A stretch of 64,000 bases of DNA from assembly GCA_002633005.1 (NCBI GenBank), contig NMRA01000056.1:629165-693164 (forward strand), in the 5' to 3' direction. The notes under the pieces are model-generated. The model was not told the origin of the DNA. It was given only the letters and a program-made list of their open reading frames with translations, and did not search any database. The DNA is from Phoronis australis. Its lineage: Eukaryota > Animalia > Phoronida. Numbering within the stretch: the stretch's first letter is position 1; each line of letters begins with the position of its first letter. Both the position numbers and the translations under genes were made by a program. Shown piece after piece: positions 39,901 to 54,900 of the stretch.

Positions 39901-42900
39901 CTTCACACTTGAGGGGACTCCACTGTAACATGATGGAGTTGTACTGTTTGCTTGTAATCTGGACCTTGGGTGCAGCGGCCACTGAAAGTGAGAATGAATC
40001 ATAAAATGGTCGCTTAAAACACAAAGTAGAAATCTTCACAACTATTGTTATGGTAAATAATCTTCAGTTTGAGATAGAAGATGCCGGGCAAAAGAATTTC
40101 ATTTTGTCAAGTTTCTCAACTTTTTATTTGGCCGGAAGAGTCATTTTTGTTCCAAATTAAAGAATGTTTATCATAATTGCAAATTTTGTATACCTGAGAA
40201 ACTTAAAAGTTTGTACGAACACAGAAATTACTATTAATTCTAAACTTGCCTACTACTCCACTATCTTACAACATTTGTTAATGTAGACAATAGAGGGCTC
40301 TCCTGTTGGATAACTGAAACAATGGAATATACAGTCTGCTGCAAGTGGTATTCCTCAAAGTTTCACCTATCTCTGATATCACCACGACTGTAACATAACC
40401 ACATAAAAATGAATTTTTTTGAGGTTTTGCTTCTAACCTAACACTCTTTGGAAAATAAGCCCTACGCTAGAGTTCGAGACATCATAACTGGTGCTTTTTA
40501 GCCCACAAAATGACTTTATCCAGTGACAAGTTTTTGCAGACTTCAAAATTTTTGCCACTGATTACTGCTTCTACCACTCAAGCCACTTGCATCTTGCTTC
40601 TTCCCATAAGAATAGTACAAGGCCAAAGGAAGATCTGGCAGTGTGTGTGGAATCAGTCTAAGTGACCTTTGAACTTTTGATTGACCCAATTCTATCTTAG
40701 CTGCTATGGGTTATTGGCAGCAACCTCCAATACAGTTGAACACCTTGAAGTGCTGCGAGATATACTTGTATACTTTGTATTCTTTGACACTTTCCAAAGT
40801 GATGTTGCAGTTCTGTGACCTGTTTCTTGAAAAGTCTTTTTTCGACTTTAGGCAAACCAAAGATATCTTACTGATGATAGCCAAAAGTTGATTTTTATTT
40901 GGCAAAATAAATTTCGCCAAGTATGTTGCTCTGTCATTTTTTACTTGGCGAAATAAATTTCGCCAAGTATGTTTGGTCTTCAATCAAGTTTGCTTTTTTG
41001 TTACTTTGTTCGCACGATACAGGTCTCAATTTTTGTCAGATCATCACGAAATTTAGTTCAGTTTAGATAGTTTTGAACAGGCTTTTCAGAAGATGTTTTT
41101 CATTTTTCGCTAGGACATCTACTTTTTGAGTTATTTGAGATTTTCTGATAATGCTGTTCCTTTGTTGAAAGCTCTTGCTGCATTGATGTTGGTTTAGCTG
41201 GTATTGAACTACACTGTAGCCTATTTCTTATTGATTTATGACATCTAAGTTCGTCATATGAATGTTATGATGTTGTTCATAATCGCCACCACCATCATAT
41301 TCGTCATCTTCGTCATCATCTCCAACGTCGTCTTTTCTTCAGTTAATTTTGCCAAGTGTCACTCAAGACTGTAGCCTATTTCCTAGTGATTTCTGACCAG
41401 TACGTTCGTCATATGAATGATATCATAACTTGCATTGTACATCATCGCCACCAACGTCGTCATAGCTGTCATCTTCGTCATCATCTCTGTCATCGTCTTT
41501 TCTCGTCATCTCTAACGTGTTTTTTTTGGTTAATTTCGCCAAGTTTCGCTCCTTGGAGGCTTTCATGTTGTTTGTTAACCCAACAGCATTAAAAATTGTT
41601 TGTTCGCACGATACAGGTCGCAATTTTCATCCGATCATCACGAAATTTACACATAACAAGTAGTTCCGGAAGTACTGGAAGCCTATTGTTTTTCGTCATA
41701 ATCGGACTCAAGATGGCGACCATTCAATTTTCATTTTAAGATTCAAAGGCTTCTGGAGGCTTCAATTTTTTATGTACAGAGCTAAAAATCGGCACAGTTA
41801 ATGGACCAGATGTGCACTACATGTATACCGAAAATTGTTTACTTCCGTTAAAAGATGGCAGAAATATTGGCACTCGCCCATGCGCACCTCGATTTCGGAA
41901 AAAAACGTTTTCTCCTGTGGAAGGCACATCATAGGGCCAATTCATTCGAATTTTTTCAGATATTATTTTTCACGATATGCTAATAAATAAAGCCAAAACA
42001 CCAGAAGTTGCTTTCAAGATGGCGGATCTGGCGCATGTTGACCCATTTTCAGTCATGCTGAGGTACCATTTAAACGGGAGGAGGAAATGACGTGAATTTT
42101 TGCATGTGGATTCTCTGAGGTATGCTCTTTTAAATGAACTGTAACATTTTTTGTCAGACTTACCGTTTTCGAGTTATTTGACTTTGAATTTCTTAAAAAA
42201 ACGCAAAATTTCATTTTTTTTCGAAAAATTTACGGAATTGCGTGATACTATCAATTAAGATAGAGTTTTGAAGTGTTTCTGATAGCGTTGTTCCTTTGTT
42301 GAGCGCTCTTACTGCATTGATGTTGGTTTAGCTTCTATTGAACAAGACTGTAGCCTATTTCTTACTGATTTATGACATCTAAGTACGTCGTATGAATGTT
42401 ATGATGTTGTGCAGCATCATCCCCATCGTCGTCATATTTGTCATCTTTGTCATCATCTCTGTCGTCGTCTTTTCAGTTAATTTCGCCAAGTGTCGCTCAA
42501 GACTGTAGCCTATACTTACTGATGTCTGGCCTCTACGTTCGTCTTGTGAATGTTATCATTACTTGAATTGTTCATCATCGCCACCATCGTCATCATATTC
42601 GTCATCATTTCTATTGTCGTCTTTTCAGTTAATTTCGCCAAGTGTCGCTCCTTGGAGCGCTTTCATTTGTCTTTTGCGTTTCTTGAACTATTTGTCTCTT
42701 GTCAATTCGAGCATACTGCAGATTTCTATTTTTACTTCGAGGTGTAGAAAAATAGCCAGGCTTTCAGCCTCTTAGCCCAATTTTCATGAAATAGGCTACC
42801 GTAAGCCATCTGTTGACTGTTTTTAGCCAAAAGTCGACAGAAAAAGCCAACAGACTCCCCTGAAAAAAACTTGGCTCTTCAGGTGGTTGGACACCACTTA

Positions 42901-45900
42901 GGGTTGTACACACACTTCCAGGAATACTGCAGTGCCCTCTATGATTCTGCAGTGATTACCCACAATGCTGTGAATCCATAGGTCACTTGCCCAAGCTGTG
43001 CACTGAAGCCAAGCTTGTCACTACTTTGCATTAAAATCACTTTGCCATGTGTAATTCTGGTGTAATACAGCTTTACCAGTGACTAAACAGTTGAAATGCG
43101 AGGGTTAAGATGAAAAGTTGAGTGAGGTACAAACGAACACTCAACACTCGTCAGAAACATTTTAGCAGCCTTTTCTTCAGGACTACTAGTCAGTTATGCA
43201 AAATGTTCATCTACCTCCACAACAGAAGGTAGTTGAATGCAGAATGAGAGAACTACTGAAAGATGATCACCCAAAGAAAAATGTCGACCACACTCGGGCT
43301 AGCTATTAAAGTCCAACTCAGTGTTTAGGCAAAATACAGCAACGGAGCAGTAATCCGTATCATTTTAACCCAAAATCCTAATTACAGCTTAACACTGAGC
43401 CTGATAATCCCTCATTTCAAAATGGCAGTGCTGCAGAATTCCAGAGAGGGGCACAATGTGATGGAAAAGTGAATTGCTTTTAAACAGAAGATCGTCCGCA
43501 GCAACGTCAGGCCCGCAGTGCTTGGAGAAGCACTTGAAAAATAAAAGGGGTCATGTTGGAAATTACTTCAGTCGGAATTTGGTGAGGCTAGGTACGAACA
43601 ATCCCCCGAGTCCTGTGGACATACATAGTATCGAAACAGTATACAGATTGTCACAACTAAGCAGACTAAGACAAGCCAGTCATATTTTGTACTGTGTCTA
43701 CTGAATAAAAGATGAAAGAGAAGTAGACAAACTGAAATAAACAGCCAGTCTCGCTCAAAGCTCAGAGTAGTACTAAGAAACCGGTACAAGCATGACACAT
43801 GCTCAATAAAGCCTCAAGCTTACAAAACCAAGATGGATTACAAAGGTAGATTAAGAAGCATTGTCAAGCAAGCGAGAACCAATATGATATGGCAGTGGGT
43901 GGCGGTGTAGCTCTCGGAAGCCGACAAAGACTACAGCTAAGAACCACCTACTGTACAAAAGGCCGTCACGTTTTTAACAAATTGCCCTCATTACCCACAT
44001 TCTCAACAAACTGCCCTCATCACCCATGGGAAATCGGAGATGCACACAAAAAACGCTCAAACAAAAGTCAGCCTGCGGTTTCCCAGTCTTTTTCAAACAC
44101 TTTGTGGAGAACTGATTTCATTAGAATGCAGTATTCAGAATAATAGCTAGCAAATCACGCGATAAAGATCACTCCCATAATGCTAAGCACAACCAAATAT
44201 ATAGTTCGAACCAGTTGAAGCTGCCTAGAATTCGACTATGATTTTAGCAAAGTTCTACCACCAAAGCAACATTCAGGTTCTCCTGTTACAATATAGTGGA
44301 TTATTAAACCAGTCTCAATGACATGCATTTCCGCTAACAACAGAAGACCAAGTAGGCAAAAAAATAAACAAGAACAACTGCTGAGAAGCCAAAGCCAAAA
44401 TGAAGCTTGGAGGCAGGTCTTGGTAGCAAGGAAACTTCGCACACGCCAGTCAACAATTCACTTTCTGCCCAGGAGCACGGGAATACTGCTAAATCCTAAC
44501 TCCATCCATGCAACAAGTGTGTTTCCACAACTTGTACGGAATCCTACCAGTGCTTTCTCTCCATAAATGGAAATAAAGGATGAGAGCTGCTCTTGGTAGC
44601 ATGGAAACCTGGCACACGTTAGTCAGCAATCCACTTTCTGTCCAGGAGCACAGAAATGCTGCTAAATCCTAAATGCGTCCATGCAACAAGTGTTGTTTCT
44701 TCAACTTGCGCTGACACACATTAGTGCGCACACTCCTCGTGAAAAGCCCAAGAGGATTACAGAAGCTTCAATTCTATATTACACAGACTGCTATGCCTAT
44801 TCTTTGAAAGCCAAAAAAGCGTTTCTCACAACACAGCGACATTTATCAATCATCTTGCTGTTTATGACATCCATCTGGTGAAATGAACAAAATTTCATTA
44901 ATTCACAACGAAATCCAAGGATGTAGCTGCTTGCAACATGATTGACAAAATGCCTAGGTGACATCAACCTATCTGAATCACATGAAAGTGTCATCTATGA
45001 ATAACAAGTCTAGAGTATATCATCCTGCAAACGACTTACCATCGACAGTTGAGTTAAAGGAAAAGTTTCCTATATCAAACAAAGAAGGTATTTATTAAAG
45101 CTTAGCGATGATCCAATAAAACCTGCAACGATCTGCACTTAGCTGAGGGTGGCATGTTACATGAGACAAAAGCTGAGAAGCAGCACGGAACACAATGCAC
45201 TGACCAATAGATATGGTATGGTAAAAATTCTCCATTTTGGAACAGTGAAAAATTCATTATTCTGCTCAGGATCAGAACTTGTACCAAATTTTAGAAATGG
45301 CCGTCCCAAATTCAAGAATTACGATCAATGACAAACAATCATTCTCCTCAATGTTACGCACTATAAGGAGAGGAGAAAAGGTTGTGAGGGTAGCTATTTT
45401 TGATGATTTTATGAAGCGTAAAGTCGATTTTCAGACTATGACGATAAAAAATGGAATGTGCGAAATTTTAGAAAGACAATGAACACCCAATCGACAGTGT
45501 CCCAATCTTCAGAATCGAGAAAATCCAATTTCTGCTTGATATTCTGTGTCCCAATAGAGACTGCTCCAAACTAGACAATATTTACAGTTATTATCACTCA
45601 TTTAGCACACAACATGGCCACCAAGTGGAATTACTCCACTTGAGTCAACTAGATAATTTACATTTTGGTCAATTACAAGCATGCTTTGCAGCGCGTAGAT
45701 GTCGTAAGTCAACACCTGCTCGTACAAGTTATCATAATCTTCAAAAAGGTATTAAGACATTGAAAGATCAAAAAAAGGGCCATCTTGGAAATTATTTTTG
45801 TGCGAAAGAAGTGGAGACTTAATCGTATCTGCAAGTGGCAGGCAAGTGAAACCATAGGTTATTCAAGAGCGATACACAATGTTAATATGGCGGTCACAGT

Positions 45901-48900
45901 TGCAAAGTTGATATGGTGCCTTTGTTCTGAGCACATAACAGGCTTGTGTATTCTATTTTAGCAAAATGAGTCCAAACAACTTGTTTACAGCATGAGATCC
46001 TCATTTCAGCAAATACTTGTGAGATTAACTGGTAGCCTCAATTTCTTTTTTTCTGTGAAAATTAGGGATTGTGTTTCACATTTTTAAGCATTGATAACAT
46101 TAATTGGTTATTCAAAAATATGAAACCATGGAAGTGCTTTTATAAACAAAAATGCTCTTCTCTCATAAGAAAAATTTTGAAATTTTACCTCTTTCTAATC
46201 CACCTAAATCAAGAAGTTTAATAAGCACACAACAAAAAACAACGGAATGATTGCAAAGAGAGTTCACATCACATACTGTATCCCAGAGAGAAAACTGTTG
46301 CTGCAGAACATTCCAGAACAATTCACAGCATGGGCCTTATCACTGCACGATATACATGCTTCGGCGGACAAGAAGTCATGCGATCCTGCTTTATTTACCT
46401 CCCCCTAGTGTTTCCGGGTAGAAACAATTCCACTTGATTCCGCTGTATGCCCTTGTTCCATCAGGATACTTGACAACTGTTGCTATGCCAACTGTGTTTG
46501 AAGTGTTGACCTGATGCTCAGTCACGGTTGGCAACACCTGTGTTAGGTAGCTGGAATCCTGAAAAATGAACTTCATCCATTTCAAGGGAGCCTTGCACTA
46601 CATGAAAAGTGCATTAGCAAATCATTTATCACAAAAAGCTTGCATTTCGCACAAAATCGCTAATAGCAAGATACCAGCAATGACAAACAACACTTGTGAT
46701 GAAAGTAATATGTAGGACAACCAACGGAGTTGATTCTGATCTTTACCATGGCTCATTTTGCGACCTGCGCTCGCCGACTAAAAAATATCTGCCCATTTTC
46801 AGTCAAGGTTTTGTGTACTTTGAAAAAATGCACTAAGGCACATAAACAAGGGTAAGCAAGGTTTGAAAGGACACGATTTGCCAAGCAATCACTTAAAAAT
46901 CCTGCATCATTTTTCCTCGGACGGATTTTCTTTCTGAAAAAGTGAGCAACTAAAAAAATACTGCACAACAACTCGGTTTTCCAAAAAAAAACAGAGACCA
47001 GAAGCAATTATGCATTTTTAGCCTTTAAAGAAATAACATAAAAACATTTATTCATAGCATATCATCACTTTACACATTAAGACTATTTTTAAGATCACTT
47101 TCGCAATCAACCATGTGATAAATGCAACAAAACATTTTATATGCAACATGACAACAACGTTTTCTTTTAACTTTAAAACCAAAGGGGTAGGGAAAGAAGA
47201 AACAAACAATGTTAATGCAACAGTCTTATCTAATTTATTTAACCACATACTTATTCAAATAAATCAGCAACTACCAAGAAAATGACCCTTAAAATACGCA
47301 CCTTGCATGAACCTGTCTCCATTTTGTTGCACTGGTAAATCGCATAACCGTCGAGGGCGTACCCCTTGAGACATTTAGTGCTAAGGGGCCTCCAAAATAT
47401 ATGAGACCAGGATAGTTCCTGGTCCACCTTTACGCCCACAGCAGTTGGTGAACATGGCACTGTCAAGCAAGATATTAAAGTAAATCTCAGCCAAAGATGC
47501 ATTATATTCAGAAACACTCTTTTAACACTCAGAGGCTTGATTGGCAGAGTAACACAATCCGTTTTCAGCAAAAAATTACATAATCAATATACAATTGATA
47601 GTTTTAATAATGTCAACAAAGATCGAAGTTCATGGATTAATGATAATAGTGATGATGACAATGGTGGTGAAAATAAGTAATGAACAGAGAAGATAATGAC
47701 ACTGAAGGTGGTAGTGGTGACAAGGGTAATCACAGCGGTGATGTTGACAACGACGACGCTGACAAAGGTGATGCTGACAACAGTGACGCTGACAACGGTG
47801 CGCTGACAATGGTGACGCTGACACCGGTGATGTTGATAACGGTGACACTGACAACGGGGACCCTGACAACCGTGACGCTGACAACCGCGACGCTGACAAC
47901 CCCGACGCAGACAACCGTGACGCTGACAATGGTGATGATGACAATGGTTATGTTGACAATGTTCATGTTCATAATGGTGATGTTGACAATGGTGATGATG
48001 ACAATGATCATACGCTGGGGTCACGATGAAGACGTTGACGATGATTACGAAGATAACAGTCATGTTGGTGATGACAACAGCAATGATAATGATGACGACA
48101 GTTCTAATGTTGTGATGATAGCAACCACAATGTGACAAGCATGACAACAATGACAACAAAGCTCAGGTGATCAATAATAACATCAAGAATAATTAATACA
48201 ACAGAAGACCATTAGTTGATGATGACAACAAGGACTATGGCAACTCACGTTACTTACTACAAAATTGGCAAATATAAACTCACGATTTTCTAAATTTTCA
48301 ATAACCAATGTTGAACGATTATTGGAAGGTCCAACGTCATTGGATAGGTATATCTCAAACACGTTTCTGTTGTCTTCAATTCTGAAATCTTTGTAAAGCG
48401 TGTTCCTGTCTTCAATGACGTGCTCCTTGTTATTGTGCAATAGATTGTAACTTCTGAAATCTCCAAACTCGTTTTCTGGCCGTATCATCTGAAAAAAACA
48501 AACCACAGTTAACAGAATAATCCCATTTCGGTTACATTTCCAAACACATGTTTGTGTTGAGCAAATAATTACAGAGATAAAGTCATGAGCCCCTTTGCGT
48601 GTACCTCAACTTTGTGCTCATATCCTAAAAGTACCCCTTCTTGAACTTATTGGGTAGGAGGAATAACAATAGATGAGAAGGGTTGACGATGAGACAGCAC
48701 TTGGCCAGACTTGATCAAGCTTAACTCTTTCACTGTCATGCATGGCTTTCACCTAATCATCCCATCACTGCCAAATGCGACAATTGGCAAGTTGGGTACT
48801 TTCCTTGTTGTTGACCTAGTTAAGTCTAATTTGGGAGATAATTACAGCAATGACAGGAAGGCAGTTTTACCAAATCTTAACTTCAGCAAGTACTACTCAA

Positions 48901-51900
48901 ACACGAAATATTTTTATTTATTAAAAGTATCTTTTCCATATTTAGCTACAATTTGTTGTTAATTTTGGGAAAATCGCATACTAATAAAAAAATCATTGAG
49001 TTTACTTGCAACTACCCAGGGGACACCATCTTGTGAGTACACTAACCCAAGTCCTTCCATAGGTTCGAAAGTCAGTGCTTCAACTTAAATGGTTGACTAT
49101 AGGCATTCACTTAATGGATCAATAATGACTAGCTGACTGTAGCCCAAAATAAAAACATCAGCCCCATTGCTAGCACAGTCATGTCAGCTTAGTGTGGAAC
49201 CTTGAAGAAACCTAGGACCAAAAGCTTGGAAAATATTGCCCAAGCTTGAATAATGTTGCCCAAGGTTGAATAATATGGTCCAAGCTTGAATAATATTGTT
49301 CAAACTTGAGTAGTATTGTCCAAGCTTGAGTAGTAATGTCCAAGCTTGAATAATACTAATCACATTTGTTTTTGGCCAATAACATTGTCCAAGCTTGCGT
49401 AATATTGTTTAAGCTTGAGTAATATTGTCCAAGGTTGAGTAGTGTTGCCCAAGCTTGAATAATATTGTCCAAGGTTGAGTAACATTTTCCAAGCTTGAGT
49501 AATATTGTCCAAGCTCGAGTAATATTGTCCAAGCTTGAGTACTGTTGCTCAAGCTTGAATAATATTGTCCAAGCTTGAGTAATATTTTCCAAGCTTGAGT
49601 AACATTGTCCAAGCTCAGAGTAATATTGTCCAAGCTAGAGTAATACTGTCCAAGCTCCAGCAATATTGTCCAAGCTAGAGTAATATTGTGCAAGCTCCAG
49701 TAATATTGTCCAAGCTAGAGTAATATTGTCCAAGCTTGAATAATATTATCCAAGTTCGAGTAAAGTTGCAAAGGCTTTAGCATGATTAACCTTACCAATA
49801 AGGATTATTCAAACGTGATGAACAGAGTGTGGTAACTTACCCGCCAGTATAGCCGTAGCTCACGACAGTCAGTGCAGGGGATCCAGGAGTAACCACCAGG
49901 CAGCAGCAATGGAGCCGTCTCTGATACTGCAAACAAAAAGTTTGAACAAAATGACAAACGGTCAGACCAGCTTCAACAGATCACCACAGGCATAGGCGAA
50001 ACTAGCGTTTCGGAATTATGAACACAGAATAAGGATACCCTGCAAGAAGTCCACAGTAAGCACTTTCACGCCAAATTTTTCTGCCCCCACTTTATTGTCA
50101 ATGCAGCACGCTTTTGCGTGAACAAAAGCCCATGTGCTTATATTCGAAGCCGGGCCTCAACGCGAAATGAGGCCCAGGCTTGTATATGCGAACCATTTAA
50201 ATAAAACCAAGCTTGAAAGAGATGGTCCACGTATAGATGCACCCAATTTTACAATCATTCTCAGTTATTAATTCTTACATGGAGTGCAGTGAAGAATCTC
50301 GTTAATGATAAAAGTCTGTATAAAACCCCTAGATGTACTACATGAACATGTATCTAGTTTATTTTTCAGATCAAAACTGTTAGCATTTTCGTTGGAACTA
50401 CTGCTGGTTAATAAAATGATTCAAGTCGATCAAACATTTCTTGAAGTCCCATGAAAACATTACACACCATTCAGGTCTGCTTCAATTAAAAAATGTGCAC
50501 ATTATGTTCCAACCTTTGCCTACATGAAAACATTAAAACCAGTTTTGCAACACTTAGACCCTTAACACTTGGACTGTCACCTGTTATTCCTAGTGGTTAA
50601 AAAAATAATTGCAGGCACTCTGATACACGTTGTACCAGACGTGCGCAGGCCGCGCATGTCGGCCCATTACACTGATCACCTGGAACCATTTTTATGTTTT
50701 ATTAATAATTAAAACCAAGATGAGGAGCTAGAAACCTGACTCAAGGGTCTAGCAGTGTGGCCCAGTGGGACTCGAACCGCGACCTCGAGTAAAGAAAGCA
50801 CTGCCAGGCACTCATCACACTAGGCCACCCTGCTTCCTCTCCTAGTAGTTATATAAAACTTCAAAAGTGAATTGAGTCTAACAGAACGTGATCTTATCCG
50901 AGTTACAATCTAGGAAATGCGGCGTTAAACCAAATCGTGTAAAACTGATTTGCGCGTAGTTTTGTTGAGGCAAACGTGTGTGCCTGTATCTGATGCAGGA
51001 TACCTACTTGTGTTAATAATAAGAAACACTAGATTTAACAATTCTATTAGAAAAAAACACTATTTTTGTTACAGGCACTAGGACATAAATACTCGAATGT
51101 ACGGTAATATCGGGCAATCTGCTGACTTCAAACACAGGCTAAACTGAAAACAACGTCAAAGACACTCGTCAACCAATCGAGGTTGCTCTCAGTTCATGAT
51201 GTCAGGTGGCGTGAATTTACTAAAATGTTTAGAACACGATGCTGATGAGTTATCACATTGGTCTACGGAGGTTTATCTATCGTGTACGCGACTTATCAAA
51301 TGATATTTCACAGACGTTTAACCTTGAACCTACTCCTTTAAGGAAGCCCTAATCCAATAAATGGGGTGGGGGTATTAACCTGAACATGGAAATTTAGAAG
51401 TTTAATTTGGAGAATTTTTAGAGGTGTGCATTGAGCCGAGCATGAGTGTTACTTGGACGACTACATAATTACATATGGCCAACAGATTTAACCCTATAGC
51501 CAGCGTTCTCGATTTTGGGCCGAATATCAATTCAATTCCGTCACGAAAAATATCTAAAATTCATGAAAAACTGCCATTACAGGGCCCAAAGGTTCCCCTC
51601 CAATGAATAAAAAATTCCCCTCAAGGTTAGAATCACTTCTGCAAAACATTTCCAGGTAAAGGCACCTTTCCCCTCCTGTGGGTGAAAGCCCTCAAAGTCA
51701 ATCAAGTAATAGGACTAACACCATTACTTTGGAGAGCAGAGACTAACTTAAGAAATGTGTCATCGTGTAACCTCCATACAACTGCATTGTGTGCACGTGG
51801 GTGTCAACAACTAGTCAAAATGAACAGGTAAGTTCTCTTATTTTATGTCTGATCCAACAGCTCACTCACCAGCAGACTCGGTGTTCCCTGTAGTTGTGAA

Positions 51901-54900
51901 CGGCTTACTCCAGTGGGGGTTGGCTTCAATGTTTAGTTTACCACGGACCTTGATTGTGTACTTGGTGTGAGGGACCAGTTTCTCAAGAACACGCGTAACT
52001 GTTTTTGAGCCCTTGGTCACACTTTCAGTGAATTGAATAGTCTACAACATGACAGTTTATAGTCCAAGTCATACTTTTTGACAGGTATGATGGAAACAGT
52101 ACAACTCCAGAAAAACAAAACTGTCCATTTTCATCTTAAAAGTTACAGCAATCTGAATATCAGCGAAAATACAAGAAAGTTCATGATAAAAGTGTAACAG
52201 ATTACTACTGATTCTGTGGCCAAGAACTGAATGTTACTCATCTTAAGAGGGATACTAAACCTCTTCTAGCCTATAAACATGTTTATTAAAAACTGTGACT
52301 TCATAATAATCATCATTTCGCATTCCTGACAGGTTTAAATTTTTTAATTCTAGAAACCAAAAGTGTTATCAAAATGCAAAAAATGACAGTGTAATAGTAA
52401 CATAAAAAAGAGCAACGCGGAGCTTTGAAATGCACCCACGACTGCACCGCAAAAACTGTGCTTTGAAGGATGTTTACTTCTAACATTAAAAATGGCCATT
52501 AGATGGAACAGAATACATTGAACTATCCAAAAATGGGAAGGTAACGCAATCTCTTAAAATTATTTGACAAATTCCATGAAAATCCGTCAAAGAACTTCAA
52601 AGATTCAAAGACAAACGTAAAAAAATAAACTGCCATTAAGAACCACAGTGGTAGACGAATCAGTCCATCTGCTGTCAAGTTAATACGAACACAATTGCAA
52701 AATTTCAATAACATCTTGCAAGGGGTTTAGGAGATACAGTCGTAGATGTGAAAAAATGTCACTAGAGGAGGGCACCACAGTGGTTGGACCCATTTGAAAA
52801 ACCACGTCAGTCATACCCTTGTCAGTGGGAACACATCTGCCAATTTTAAAAATGATCCTCTGCACGGTTTGGCAGATAAAGAAGCAGACCAAAAATAGAC
52901 TAAGAAATAATTAAACCACCAGCAAAATACGCTGAATCCATCACAAAAAAAGAAAAGTGCTGTCGTCTTCAAAATAGAATTTGCTTGTCAAATTCCATGA
53001 AAAAGCATTAGGAACTCTGAAGTCACAGCGGCAAACATAAAAAATAACATTACCACTAGAGGGTGCCAGAGTAGTTGAACAGGTCTGCAAATCAACATCA
53101 GCCTCAGCCTTCTCATCAGGAACACATATCCAAATTTTAATAATGATCCTTAGACCAGTTTGGTGGAAAGAGAGGGTGAAGTTAAAAACATACTCAAACG
53201 CTAAAAAGTGGCACAGAAAATGTCAAATCAGCCCAAAAATGAGAAGGCATTGTCATCTCCTTAATAGAAGCCTATTTGCAAAGTTTCATTATAATAAAAA
53301 ACAGCCGCTAAACGTTGAATCTATCCAAATACGGGAACCTGTCGACTCTTTAATTAGAGCTTATTTATTATATTTCATAAAAATCTGCCAAGGAGTTTCA
53401 AAGATACAGAGGGCAATGAAAAAACCAATTGCCACCAGGGGCATAGCGGTCGTTGGATCTATCCAAGAGTCGTCGTCTGTTGTCAGCTTCATATACAAAC
53501 ACTTGCTAAATTTAAAAAAGATCCTGCAGAGGGTTAAGGAGGTACAGCTATGGGTGCAAAAAAAAGCAAAACTGCCACTAGGATGCGCCACAGTAGTCGA
53601 AGTCGGCAGAAAGTCATCGTCAGCCATCCTCTTCACAGTAGGAACATATATGCCAATTTTCAGTCATACTAAGAGTGGTTTGGTTGACAAAGCAGCGGAC
53701 GTTAAAATCAGACTCGGAAACAGGCAACACAAAATATCTTGAATCCATCCGAAAATGGGAGGGTAGCATTATCTCACTAAAAGACACGTCTTTGCCAAAC
53801 TTTATGAAAATCCGTTGAGGACCTTTGAACATAGAGGTAAACATAAAAACGTAAAAATTACCACTAGGGGGCACACCAGTAGTCGGCTCTGTCCGAAAGA
53901 TCGCTCATGCTATCTCGTCTAATAAAGGAACACATGAGCAAAATTTCATAAACACACATCAAAGGGTTTTGGAGATAGAGCAGCGTATGCCAGATGGACG
54001 ACAGACGGACACCGGACGGACGGGGATGATGGCAGTATGTGGACGCTCACATTACAAATATGTGGGCACATAACAGGAAATGAACCAGAGAGGTTATATA
54101 AATGACTGATTAAATCAGCAGCAGGAAAATAATTTGAATGTTCAAAAGAGTTCTACAGCTCTATCAAGACAATAAGGATCCCTCACAGTAACTGTGAAGA
54201 ATTTAGTCTGGCATTCATCTAAGATTATAGGCCCTACATCTTTATATATTAATTGACCCTTTTGGTGCCGTTTGATACAGTAGTTCGGTAAAAATTAAGG
54301 ATGTAGTGACATTTACAAAAATGTGATTAGATTAATTACTCCAGCTACCAATACTAACTTATGCATAAAAAATGAGCAAACATCTGTTGTGAAGGTTTGA
54401 AATGTACAGTGGATAGATCATAACTCAAGTCGCAGTGTGGAGCTTACCATAGTAGTTTGTAAATAACTTATTTCTTCAGAAAGTAAAACTATCGATCCTG
54501 ATACATGCTGTGTGCAGAGACATTGGAACACATTCTGACTATTCTGTTACTACAGAAAGTGGACTCGGGAAAAATAACAATATTCATGACAAAGAGACAA
54601 AGGAACACATGTTCCACAGACAGATGTCAACATTTGAGAATGAAAAACGCGACAACTGGACTGAAAAGCGGGACCTCCTGATAAAAAGTGGAACATCTGA
54701 GTCTATACCAAAATGCAAGGGTGAAATGTTCGACACAACACACGAAAACGTCCCGACAGCGTTTTTGTCGAACGGGAAATGTTACATCCAAAAGCAGGCG
54801 AATCGACAGCTTAGAGTCTCGTTCGATGAACAAAAATGTGAAATTGATAAATAAAACACTCAATCAAACCTCAGTTGAGCAGACAGCTGGAAATTCACAG

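Noticed and set aside
47584-48159. His/Cys-rich and Thr-rich ORFs
   Set aside because: Open frames on both strands arise from a trinucleotide-based repeat inside an intron whose flanking exons already join in phase.
49222-49762. CRISPR-like array
   Set aside because: Units are contiguous with no unique spacers, there are no cas genes, and it lies in a eukaryotic intron.
53143-53742. 199-aa ORF
   Set aside because: It lies within tandem units of a non-coding repeat, antisense in an intron, with no recognisable domain.
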